Shown here: piece after piece, positions 8,024 to 16,566 of the stretch
Position numbering within the stretch: the first letter of the stretch is position 1
Layout of the letters: each line of letters begins with the position of its first letter
NCBI GenBank assembly: GCA_964429095.1
Contig: CAYSBM010000004.1
Span: 1 to 27,482, forward strand
Direction: 5' to 3'
Origin: an uncultured Solibacteraceae bacterium
GTDB lineage: Bacteria; Acidobacteriota; Terriglobia; Bryobacterales; Bryobacteraceae
Length of the DNA: 27,482 bases
Made by a program: the position numbers and the translations under genes
The notes under the pieces: generated by a model
Seen by the model: the letters and a program-made list of their open reading frames with translations, nothing else
Database searches by the model: none
What the model was told of the DNA's origin: nothing

Positions 8024-9220
8024 GTGGGAGGGGGAAACGCGCTGGCGGTGCTCGATGCTGGATTGGGCGCCACGCCGCGCATTAGCTCGCTGTTGATCAA
8101 GCCCGCCTCGGCGGTGTGCAATCTGGATTGCAGCTATTGTTTCTACCTGGACCGGGAAGCGGCTCCGTACAAGGCGCTACCGGGGCGCCGCATGTCCCTG
8201 GAATCGGTGGAGCGGCTAGTAGACAGCTACCTTTTCTATTCCTATCCGAACAGCGTGTTCGCCTTCCAAGGAGGCGAGCCGACCCTGGCTGGGTTGCCGT
8301 TTTATGAAAAATTGGTGGAGTTCCAGCAGCGGTACGGGCGCAACGGGCAAAGCGTGAGCAACGCGCTGCAAACCAACGCCATCCTCATTGACCGCAACTG
8401 GTGCGAGCTGTTTCGCCAGTACCAGTGGTTGGTAGGCGTTTCCCTGGACGGGCCAGAGCAAGTTCACGACCGGTACCGCTTCAACAAGGAGGGGCGTGGC
8501 ACCTGGAAGCGCGTCATGGCGACCGTAGAGCTGATGCAAGCCGAGAAGGTGGAGTTCAATGTACTCTGCGTTTTGAGCCAGGCCAACGTCGACAAACCGC
8601 GTGAACTTTACCGCTTTTTCCGCCAGTTGGGAATTGACAACATTCAATATATTCCCCTGTCGGAGTTCGACCGCCAGGGCGAACTGCTGCCCTTCACCAT
8701 CACGCCCGAGCAATATGGCCGCTTCTTGTGTGAGACTTTCGATCTGTGGTGGCCGGACCGGCGGAAAGTGCGCATACGCTTCTTCGACAATCTGGCTGAG
8801 GCGCTGGCCGGCCAAAAGCCCGGCAATTGCACGCTGCACGAGACTTGCGATTCCTATGTCGTGGTTGAATACAATGGAGATGTTTTCCCCTGCGACTTTT
8901 TTGTAGAGCAGAACTGGAAGCTGGGCAATATTCTGGTGGATAGCTGGGCGGAGATCGCGCGCCGCAGCAAGCGGTACGACTTTGCCCGCAACAAGACCCT
9001 CGCCACCCCGGCGGGCGAAGTCTGCGAATACCAGCGGTTCTGCCACGCGGGCTGCCCCAAGTTCCGCCATGCGCGCTTCGGCCGTTTTGAGGACCTCGAC
9101 TACTTTTGCCCGGCTTACAAAATGATCTACGCCAAGGCCACGCAGCCGTTGCGCCAGGAAGTGGAAAAATTGCTCGCCAGAACCGTCGGCATAACCGGCG
9201 CTGGCACAGGAGCAAAATGA
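8024..9220 (+). CDS. Anaerobic sulfatase maturase family radical SAM/SPASM protein (anSME/AslB-like)
   Basis: LLIKPASAVCNLDCSYCFYL (CxxxCxxC), FAFQGGEPTLAG, LQTN and VSLDGP. SPASM cysteines in CTLHETC, GDVFPCD and CEYQRFCHAGCP...YFC. Confidence 0.92.
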   Translation: MGGGNALAVLDAGLGATPRISSLLIKPASAVCNLDCSYCFYLDREAAPYKALPGRRMSLESVERLVDSYLFYSYPNSVFAFQGGEPTLAGLPFYEKLVEFQQRYGRNGQSVSNALQTNAILIDRNWCELFRQYQWLVGVSLDGPEQVHDRYRFNKEGRGTWKRVMATVELMQAEKVEFNVLCVLSQANVDKPRELYRFFRQLGIDNIQYIPLSEFDRQGELLPFTITPEQYGRFLCETFDLWWPDRRKVRIRFFDNLAEALAGQKPGNCTLHETCDSYVVVEYNGDVFPCDFFVEQNWKLGNILVDSWAEIARRSKRYDFARNKTLATPAGEVCEYQRFCHAGCPKFRHARFGRFEDLDYFCPAYKMIYAKATQPLRQEVEKLLARTVGITGAGTGAK

Positions 9221-9317
9221 GCAAGGGGGTGGATGGACGGCGCGGCGGCGTGCAGGCACACAATCTCAGCTTGCCAGGGGCGGCTTGAACAGGGAGAATG
9301 AGGGCAACGCAAGCTGC

Positions 9318-10799
9318 ATGCATCCGAGACGTCCCATTCCGGGTTTTGAGCCGTTTGCGACAGAATTCTCTGCGCCGGGCGGTCCGGAGCCGCTAGCGGC
9401 CTCTCCAGCGGCCTCGGTGGGCCAGCGGTTCGCTTTGTTGTTGTTGTGCTTCTATGTATTGCTTGTATATACGCGAACGCCTGAGATTCTAGCCCTCGCC
9501 ATCGGCACTAGTTTCAAGATCGCAACCCTGACGCTTGGCATGGTGTTGTTGCTGGCTGTGCTGGGGGGACAACTTTGGCAAGCCCTCACCATTCGCGAGA
9601 GCCTGCTCATGTTCGCTTGCACGGCGTGGTTCTTGTTGTCGGTTCCCTTCAGCGTCTGGAAAGGAGGCAGCGCTGCTACCTTTGTAAACTACTGGATCAA
9701 CTCGCTGTTATTGTTCTTGGCCCTCGTGGCCATCACGCAGACCCTGCGTGATTGCCGCTATCTGATGTACGCGTTGGCCCTGGGTCTGGTAACCCTTTGC
9801 CTTTATCTCGCCGTCTGGGGAACCAGCGCTGACGGCAGGCTGGCGCTTCAGGGTAGCCCGACCTTGGCAAATCCCAACTTGCTGGCAATGCATTTGGAGT
9901 TCGGACTGCCCTTCTGCTTTCTGCTCCCCATGCGGCACGGCATCGGGGGGCTGCGCGGCCTCCTGGGGCTTACCATTGCGCTGATCAGTTTGATCGCCAT
10001 TGGGCGCAGTGGCTCGCGCGCTGCGCTTGTGGCTCTGGCCGTTATGCTTCTGGTGTGGTTCTGGGAAGCTACTCCGGGCGTCAAACTGGCGCTGGTTGGA
10101 GTGGTGATCCTGGTGGGGACCGTAGTTCTGGCTATCTTGCCCGAGAGCACACTGGCGCGCTACCGAACTCTGGTGGTTGCCAACCCCGAGGAGCTTTCCG
10201 ACCTGGAAATGTTAGGCGCCTATGAGTCGTCGATGGCGCGGAAAGAGCATTTGCGCCAGAGCCTCAAATTGACCGCCGAGAATCCCCTCTTCGGCGTGGG
10301 GTTGGGCATGTTCACGGTGGCTTCGGCCGAACTGGCGGGCGAAGAAGGTAAGCGCGCCGCCTGGCGTCAAACGCACAATACTTTCACTCAGGTCTCCAGC
10401 GAAGCGGGCCTGCCCGCTTTGCTCTTTTACTTATTGTTGGTGGGCAGCAGCGTGAAGTCGGCTTTTTCGTTGTACCGCGCCACGAGATCGCAACCGCATC
10501 TGCGCTCCATCTCGCAGATGAGCTTCTGTCTGCTGGTGGCGCAGGCGGGCGCCATCGCCAACGCCATGTTTTCCAGCGTCGCATACCAGATATATTTCCC
10601 TCTGCTGGCGGGGATCTCCGTGGCTCTAGCTCGCGCCGCCAGAGCCAGCATGCAAAGCCAGGAAACCGGCGCGGCCGCCCCAACGCCCGTTCCAAGGTAT
10701 GCGGGCCAGACCGCCAAGGCAAACATGGCGGCGCCAGGGAGACAGCAGGAACGCGCCGATGGCCCCCCGGAAAGATACCGTCCCATCAGCCATCTATGA
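9318..10799 (+). CDS. O-antigen ligase/polymerase-like (Wzy_C) multi-pass membrane protein
   Basis: Many hydrophobic helices; LANPNLLA, SGSRAA, NPLFGVGLGMF and HNTFTQVSSEAGLP motifs. Start uncertain (TTG 9285 or ATG 9318). Confidence 0.85.
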   Translation: MHPRRPIPGFEPFATEFSAPGGPEPLAASPAASVGQRFALLLLCFYVLLVYTRTPEILALAIGTSFKIATLTLGMVLLLAVLGGQLWQALTIRESLLMFACTAWFLLSVPFSVWKGGSAATFVNYWINSLLLFLALVAITQTLRDCRYLMYALALGLVTLCLYLAVWGTSADGRLALQGSPTLANPNLLAMHLEFGLPFCFLLPMRHGIGGLRGLLGLTIALISLIAIGRSGSRAALVALAVMLLVWFWEATPGVKLALVGVVILVGTVVLAILPESTLARYRTLVVANPEELSDLEMLGAYESSMARKEHLRQSLKLTAENPLFGVGLGMFTVASAELAGEEGKRAAWRQTHNTFTQVSSEAGLPALLFYLLLVGSSVKSAFSLYRATRSQPHLRSISQMSFCLLVAQAGAIANAMFSSVAYQIYFPLLAGISVALARAARASMQSQETGAAAPTPVPRYAGQTAKANMAAPGRQQERADGPPERYRPISHL

Positions 10800-11446
10800 G
10801 GATTATGCGGGCACGGCAGTGGTGTGGCTCATCTGCCAGGCTGATGCGTGCGGCCTGCCGCTGCTGCCTGCGCAGCCTTACGGCCTTGGGCCTGCTATGG
10901 GTTATCGCCACGCTTACTCCAGCCAACCGTGCATGTATTGACTGGCTGAGAGGCCCTTGGGGCGAAGCGCGGGGCGACATCCTGGTGGTGCTGGGAAATG
11001 CCGTCCTGGACGACGGCACCATCGGCGACTCATCCTACTGGCGGAGTGTATACGCGGCCAGAGCGTGGCGCAACGGGGGGTATCGGCAGGTGTGGATCAG
11101 CGGCCAGGAGGCCATATCGAAACCCATGAGGGATTTTCTTGTCTACCGGGGCGTGCCCGCGGAGGCCATCCAGTTGGAGGACCGGTCGACCAGCACGCGC
11201 GAGAATGCACTCTTTACTGCGGAAAAGCTGAAAGGCGTCCCCGGAAAAGTGGTGCTTCTGACCAGCGACTATCACATGTACCGCGCCTGCCGCGCCTTTG
11301 CCCGCGCTGGACTGCACGTAACGCCCCTGCCGGTTCCCGACGCCGGCAAGCGCAATGTCCAATGGCGCCTGCGTTGCACCGTCTTCCAGGATCTGATGAT
11401 GGAACTGGTCAAGATAGCGGGTTACCGAGGGCGAGGATGGATCTGA
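10796..11446 (+). CDS. YdcF/DUF218 family protein (ElyC/SanA-like)
   Basis: ILVVLG, EDRSTSTRENA and LLTSDYHMYRA motifs, N-terminal TM, ATGA overlap with the upstream stop. Confidence 0.9.
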   Translation: MRIMRARQWCGSSARLMRAACRCCLRSLTALGLLWVIATLTPANRACIDWLRGPWGEARGDILVVLGNAVLDDGTIGDSSYWRSVYAARAWRNGGYRQVWISGQEAISKPMRDFLVYRGVPAEAIQLEDRSTSTRENALFTAEKLKGVPGKVVLLTSDYHMYRACRAFARAGLHVTPLPVPDAGKRNVQWRLRCTVFQDLMMELVKIAGYRGRGWI

Positions 11447-12708
11447 ACGCCGGCCGCTCCTCGGAACAGGTCTGCAAAGTGCGCCGTGTTGCGCTTGAGG
11501 CTGTAGCATTCGACGACTCGCCTGCGCCCGCCCAGCGCCAGCGCCTCGCGCAAAACCGGATCTTCGATGAGGCGGGAGATAGCCAGCGCCAATTGCTCCG
11601 GATCCGCAGGATCAACTAACAAGCCATTTTCTCCGTCGCGAATGAGTTCGGGAACCCCCATAACGCGGGTGGCGATACAAGGGATTTGCATCGCCATGGC
11701 CTCCATGAGCACAACGGGTATACCCTCAGCGAAACTTGGCAAGACGAAAAAGTCCGCCGCGGCATACAACGCCCGCAAACGCTCCTGGTTGAGCCAGCCG
11801 GTGATAATGACTGCGCCGGACAAACCGCGGGCGGCGATCCATTGCTCCAATGCGCCCCGCTCCGGCCCATCACCCACCAGACGGAGATGCACCTCCAGGC
11901 CGCGGGCGGCCAGGATGGCCAACGCATCAATCAAGATGCGATGGCCTTTCACGGGAGCGAGCCGGCCGACGCAAAGCGCTACGGCAGGGGAAGAGAACGG
12001 GCGCGGGCCAACGGGGGCAAAATCCTCCACATCTACTCCGAGGCGGGAAACCACAACCTTGGACCAGTAAGCTGGCGGGAGGTTTCTGAGAATCTGGGCG
12101 CGGCCGTAGTTGCTGATGGCGCAAGTCAGAGCTGAAGCTTCGACTTTCCGGCGGAGAAAGAAATCCGCCGCCTCATCGAATTCCTCCGGCCCGTGCAACG
12201 TAAGTGACATGCTGAGCGGGAAGATGCGAACCGCCAGCAGAGCCACGTTGGATGAAAAATGCACATGGAAGCGCCTCACGCCGTTTCGCATAAACCAGGC
12301 TCCGGCGATGACCGCTTCAGCAAAGTAGAACAGCCATCGGAAGGGGCTCCGGCAGCCCCACCGGGCCAAACGCAGGGCTTCCCAAAGACCGCGAAAATAG
12401 CCATGAGGACGCGCGAGCAGCGTGCGGGCGTGGGCGCCAAGCCAGCGCCTCCAACCGGCGCTCTTGACATAGAGGGTCCGTGCAGCCTCCTCCCGCTCCA
12501 GAGCAATCATAGAATCGTGAGGGCGGTCCGGCCCCGCGATGCTGACCACCACGATGTCCAAGCCTTGGCTTCGCAGTTCTGACACCTCACGAAGAATGTA
12601 GGTGTGGTTGGCGGCCGGATATTGGCTGACGAGGTAGCCGAGACGCAGTGTCCTATTCAACGGCTCTGTTGCTGTATATCCCTCAGCGGTAGGCCCATCC
12701 GGCATCAA
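11422..12708 (-). CDS. Glycosyltransferase family 4 (WcaL-like)
   Basis: RLGYLVSQYP, FHVHFS, CVGRLAPVKG, FVLPSFAEGIPVVLMEAMA (EX7E) and GVPELIRDGENGLLV. Start at TTG 12708 or ATG 12705. Confidence 0.9.
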   Translation of the reverse strand: MMPDGPTAEGYTATEPLNRTLRLGYLVSQYPAANHTYILREVSELRSQGLDIVVVSIAGPDRPHDSMIALEREEAARTLYVKSAGWRRWLGAHARTLLARPHGYFRGLWEALRLARWGCRSPFRWLFYFAEAVIAGAWFMRNGVRRFHVHFSSNVALLAVRIFPLSMSLTLHGPEEFDEAADFFLRRKVEASALTCAISNYGRAQILRNLPPAYWSKVVVSRLGVDVEDFAPVGPRPFSSPAVALCVGRLAPVKGHRILIDALAILAARGLEVHLRLVGDGPERGALEQWIAARGLSGAVIITGWLNQERLRALYAAADFFVLPSFAEGIPVVLMEAMAMQIPCIATRVMGVPELIRDGENGLLVDPADPEQLALAISRLIEDPVLREALALGGRRRVVECYSLKRNTAHFADLFRGAAGVQIHPRPR

Positions 12709-12777
12709 TGCCTATGATATGCGAATCTTGCCGGCGGGCGCGTCGCGTGTGTAAGGTCCTGTTTCGGCCAGCGACCG

Positions 12778-13461
12778 CTACACTCCGCGGCGCGCGCCCC
12801 ACAGTTCGATGTGCAGGCGCGGCGTGTAGCGGTAGCCTTCACGTTTGCAAATCTCGGCGACCCAGCGGCCGCGCTCTCTCAGCGCCTCCGCGTCCGTGCC
12901 TTCCGCCATCAGCAACACATTCTCCCCCCCGGCCCCGCTTACGGCCACCATGCGCTGAATCACGGCCAAATCCTCCGGGCTCTGGATGACGAACTTCATC
13001 TGGTAGGTGTAAGCGCCGATCAGCTTGCGCAACACCTCGGGCCGATACCGCAGCCGCTCGTGGCGCGCCGCCCAACGCCCTTCGCCGCGCGTATGCGGGG
13101 TCGAGTTGGCCAGTTTGGGGCTCACGCTCATCAAGTCGCATTCAACCGGGGCCCAAACCGTGCCAGCGGTCTCGATGGTGACGTGCCGCCCCGCCTGGCG
13201 CAAGGCCGCGGTGAGAGGTACGATCCCAGGGGCGATCATCGGCTCCCCGCCTGTAAGCACGACGTAACGGGCCGGGAAGTTCCCCACGCGCGCGGCAATC
13301 TCTTCCACGCTCAATTGCTCACCCTCCGGCGACCACGAAGTGTAGGGCGTATCGCACCAGACACACCGGAGGTTGCAGCCACTGGTGCGGACAAAGACCG
13401 AGGGCGTGCCTACCAGCACGCCTTCGCCCTGCAAGGAGTAGAAAATCTCGGCAATCAGCAT
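12778..13461 (-). CDS. queE: 7-carboxy-7-deazaguanine synthase (radical SAM)
   Basis: IAEIFYSLQGEG, FVRTSGCNLRCVWCDT, VVLTGGEP, TIETAG, SVSPKL and PRLHIELWG. ATG 13461 overlaps the queC stop (TGATG). Confidence 0.93.
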   Translation of the reverse strand: MLIAEIFYSLQGEGVLVGTPSVFVRTSGCNLRCVWCDTPYTSWSPEGEQLSVEEIAARVGNFPARYVVLTGGEPMIAPGIVPLTAALRQAGRHVTIETAGTVWAPVECDLMSVSPKLANSTPHTRGEGRWAARHERLRYRPEVLRKLIGAYTYQMKFVIQSPEDLAVIQRMVAVSGAGGENVLLMAEGTDAEALRERGRWVAEICKREGYRYTPRLHIELWGARRGV

Positions 13462-14147
13462 CAACGTAGATAGGCGAGCTTATCTGGGATACCCGCTTCC
13501 CGAAAACCCTTCTTGCGGAGCAGACAGGAGTCGCACTCGCCGCACGCGCGCCCCTGCGGATCCGGGTCGTAGCAACTATGCGTCAGGCTGAAATCTAACC
13601 CCAGCCCGGCGCCCAGCCGGACAATCTCGGCCTTGGTCATGTGAGCCAGGGGAGTGTGAATCCGGATCCGAACACCCTGTTCGACAGCCGCCTTGGTGGC
13701 CAGGTTCGCCATGTGTTCAAACGCGGCGATGTATTCGGGACGGCAGTCGGGGTAGCCCGAATAGTCGATGGCGTTCACGCCGAGGAAGATATCAGCCGCC
13801 TCAAGCACTTCGGCCCAGGCCAGGGCCAGGGAAAGGAACACCGTGTTGCGGGCGGGCACATAGGTCACCGGGATCCCGCGGCTGATTTGGCGTTCCGTCC
13901 GGCCTTTAGGCACGCCGATAGCATCCGTGAGGGCCGAGCCCTGGAACAGGCGCGCATCCAAGGCGGCGATCATGTGGCGCTTAGCGCCCAGCGCCGCGGC
14001 CACCCGCGCCGCGGCTTCCAGTTCCACGCGGTGCCGCTGTCGGTAGTCGAACGAGAGGGCATAGCATTCGAACCCTTCGCGTATGGCGTAGGCCAGGCAG
14101 GTGGAGGAATCCAGGCCGCCGCTCAGAAGGCAGACAGCTCGTTTCAT
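13461..14147 (-). CDS. queC: 7-cyano-7-deazaguanine (preQ0) synthase
   Basis: True start is ATG 14147 ([14 protein letters not shown]), after GGAG and overlapping the MFS stop. [18 protein letters not shown] and the Zn site HSCYDP...CGECDSC are present. This is the 3' part of the 512-aa ORF in the track. Confidence 0.95.
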   Translation of the reverse strand: MKRAVCLLSGGLDSSTCLAYAIREGFECYALSFDYRQRHRVELEAAARVAAALGAKRHMIAALDARLFQGSALTDAIGVPKGRTERQISRGIPVTYVPARNTVFLSLALAWAEVLEAADIFLGVNAIDYSGYPDCRPEYIAAFEHMANLATKAAVEQGVRIRIHTPLAHMTKAEIVRLGAGLGLDFSLTHSCYDPDPQGRACGECDSCLLRKKGFREAGIPDKLAYLR

Positions 14148-15274
14148 ATCTTCTCCAACTTCATAGTTAGCAGGAATCCTATGAGTGGGAACACCGTCAG
14201 GGAAGCCAGGACGCGATGGAGCGTGAAATGGTCCGCCAGCAGACCGATCAAGGGGATGAAGAGCATACCCGCCATTCCCCACGCGAAACCCATCATAAGA
14301 GCCGACACTGTGCCGGCCTGCGAGGGCGCCAATTCCTGCGCCATCACGACGTTCACCGGAATGGTGAACAGAAGAATGAGTCCGCCCAAGCACAGGCCTA
14401 GAATCGACAGCGCTCCGCGCGTGGCAAAAAACAGAGCCAGCATCGGCGCCGACGCAATCATCGAGACCAGAATTACCTGCCGGCCGCCGAACCGGTCGGC
14501 GAGGTGCCCCCCCAAGAACCCGCCCAGCGCGCCGGCGGCCAGGTAGAAGGTGAGGATATAGCTGGCCTGCGCGGGCGTGTATCGGCGCTCCAGGTTCAAA
14601 TAGAGCGGAAGAAACTGCGCGAAGCTGATTTGGACGATCGAACGCAGGAAAACCAGCAGATAGAGGATGATCAGCGGTCTGGCCACCGCCTTCAGCGGCT
14701 TCCAATCGAAACGCTCCTGGCGTGCGGACGCACCGTCTGAACCCGGAAGCGCAAAGAGAAGAAACACGCTCACCAGCACGCCGGGCAAGGCCGCGGTCCA
14801 GGCATGGTCCAGGCCGAAGCGCGTGACAATCGCCGTGAAGTAAGCCGGTCCCAGAGCCAGGCCGAGGGTGCCCGAACTGACGAAAGCGGCCATCCATGCG
14901 CCGCGGCTGCCCTTCACGCCGCAGGTCACCCGCGCGGAGGCTTGGGGATGGAAGGCCGCAATGCCCGAGCCGCCTGCCAAGACCATGACCAGTAACCATG
15001 CAAAGCTGGGGGCAACGCCCAGAGCCGAAATGAACACGCCAGCCAGGCCGGGCGCCAGCGCCGCGAACAATTTCGTGCGGAAACGGTCGGATAAGAAGCC
15101 GTAGGCCGGCTGCATCACCGACGAGGAGAATACCAACACGCCGCCCAGCAAACCCGCCTGGGTCAGCGTCATGCCGAAACGGGCAACCAGCAGCGGCTGC
15201 AACGCGCCCAAAGCGCCGGAGTAAAGGTCTACAAAGAAATGGCCAAGCGAAAGAAGAATGAGAGGAATTGCCAA
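14144..15274 (-). CDS. MFS transporter, Fsr (fosmidomycin resistance)-like
   Basis: [25 protein letters not shown] and [11 protein letters not shown]; about 12 hydrophobic segments; GGAG before the TTG start. Substrate unknown. Confidence 0.85.
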   Translation of the reverse strand: MAIPLILLSLGHFFVDLYSGALGALQPLLVARFGMTLTQAGLLGGVLVFSSSVMQPAYGFLSDRFRTKLFAALAPGLAGVFISALGVAPSFAWLLVMVLAGGSGIAAFHPQASARVTCGVKGSRGAWMAAFVSSGTLGLALGPAYFTAIVTRFGLDHAWTAALPGVLVSVFLLFALPGSDGASARQERFDWKPLKAVARPLIILYLLVFLRSIVQISFAQFLPLYLNLERRYTPAQASYILTFYLAAGALGGFLGGHLADRFGGRQVILVSMIASAPMLALFFATRGALSILGLCLGGLILLFTIPVNVVMAQELAPSQAGTVSALMMGFAWGMAGMLFIPLIGLLADHFTLHRVLASLTVFPLIGFLLTMKLEKI

Positions 15275-15301
15275 CTTCTCTCCATTATAGCGGCAGTGTT
15301 C

Positions 15302-16564
15302 TCACTCTCCGGACAGCGGGCGCGCCGGGAGCATGCGGTAAATGATCAGCATCGAAAGCGGATGCATCAATCCGGCGATCAGGAAAATGGGCGCGTAGGA
15401 AAAACGCATGACCACGTAGCCTGTTCCCAGATTGGCAAGTATGCCGCCTACCGCCCCACCCATTCCCGAAAAGCCGGTGACCGTCCCAACTTCTGTGGCC
15501 GGGTAGAGGTCCGTGGGCAGAGTTTGCAGGTTTGCCACGTAAAGGGCGTGGCCAAAAACCACCAGGCACGTGGCCGCCAGCGCCATCCAGGCCTGCGGCA
15601 CCCACGGCGCCAGGATCGCCGAGGGCAGCAGCGCCGCGCCCAGCAGCATTACGAAACGCCGCGCCCGCGCCGCCGGCCCGCCGGCGCGCACCACCCGTCC
15701 AGAAAGCCCGCCGCCCAGGATGTAGCCGGCGTCACCGAAAATGAAAGGCACCCAGGCGTACTTGCCCACCATAGCCAGATCAAAACCTCGCTCGCGCCGC
15801 AAGTATTCCGGAAGCCAGAAGATGATGAAATAAATGACGGGATCCGTGAGAAACCGCGCCAGCGCCAGAGCGATGGCGGGGCGCGTGGTGACCACAGCGC
15901 CCCAGCGCAAATGCCCGCGCCTGACGGGGACGGTTTCCGCCGCAGGACGCACATGATCCTTGAGCGCCTCGTATTCCTCCACGCGCAACCACCGGTTCCG
16001 GTGCGGGGGCTGGTAAAGGATCAGCCAGAGCAATAGCCATGCCAGTCCCAAGGTTCCCGTGAAAAAGAATGCGGCGCGCCAGCCGTAATTGAGCGTCAGC
16101 CACGCCACCATGGGTGGCGCTAGCGCGGAGCCGAGTGAGGAGCCGGCATTGAATATCCCCACCCCAAGGGCGCGCTGCGAGGCCGGAAACCACTCCGACA
16201 CGGCCTTGGCCGCGGCCGGCCAGTTGCCGGGCTCGCTCAGCCCCAGCAGGAAACGGCACGCCGCCAACGACCACTTGCCCACGGTAAGGCCGTGCAGCAT
16301 TTGCGAAAGCGACCAAGTGAAGATGAAAACCGCGAACCCGCGCCGCGTTCCCAGCCGGTCGATGATGTAGCCTGAGCCCGCATACATGATGGCGTAAGCC
16401 AGCAGGAACATGGTTATCACATGCGAATAATCCTGCTCGCTCATGGCAAACGCCTTACGCAAATCTACCGATACGACTGAGAGCGTGAGCCGGTCAGCGT
16501 AGTTGATCATGGTGGCCGCACAAAGCATCGCGGCGATGACCCACTGCAATTTGGGAATCTTCAT
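15302..16564 (-). CDS. MFS transporter, ACS family (ExuT/hexuronate-like)
   Basis: INYADRLTLSV, IDRLGTRRG, RFLLGLSEPGNWPAAAKAVSEWFP, GIFNAGSSLGS and FWLPEYL. Confidence 0.9.
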   Translation of the reverse strand: MKIPKLQWVIAAMLCAATMINYADRLTLSVVSVDLRKAFAMSEQDYSHVITMFLLAYAIMYAGSGYIIDRLGTRRGFAVFIFTWSLSQMLHGLTVGKWSLAACRFLLGLSEPGNWPAAAKAVSEWFPASQRALGVGIFNAGSSLGSALAPPMVAWLTLNYGWRAAFFFTGTLGLAWLLLWLILYQPPHRNRWLRVEEYEALKDHVRPAAETVPVRRGHLRWGAVVTTRPAIALALARFLTDPVIYFIIFWLPEYLRRERGFDLAMVGKYAWVPFIFGDAGYILGGGLSGRVVRAGGPAARARRFVMLLGAALLPSAILAPWVPQAWMALAATCLVVFGHALYVANLQTLPTDLYPATEVGTVTGFSGMGGAVGGILANLGTGYVVMRFSYAPIFLIAGLMHPLSMLIIYRMLPARPLSGE

Positions 16565-16566
16565 CT

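Noticed and set aside
8216-9259. 347-aa minus-strand ORF and similar long antisense ORFs (7448..8014, 13641..14546, 15239..16036, 17743..18696, 26588..27286)
   Set aside because: They overlap well-supported genes on the other strand and show no recognisable motifs.
11422-12708. GT4 as a queuosine or deazaguanine glycosyltransferase because it follows queE
   Set aside because: It looks like an ordinary WcaL-like polysaccharide GT4, has its own -10-like box, and faces envelope genes.
12778-14147. queC/queE as an anti-phage (QatC-type) or dpd DNA-modification system
   Set aside because: Both are canonical in length and motifs, and no dpdA/tgtA5, ATPase, TatD or nuclease gene is nearby.
14148-14999. 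Apparent 512-aa QueC with a long N-terminal extension
   Set aside because: The extension is an alternative frame of the Fsr-like MFS; QueC has its own RBS and ATG at 14147.
15275-15301. preQ1 riboswitch upstream of MFS-queC-queE
   Set aside because: The gap is only 27 bp, with no aptamer stem or A-rich tail.
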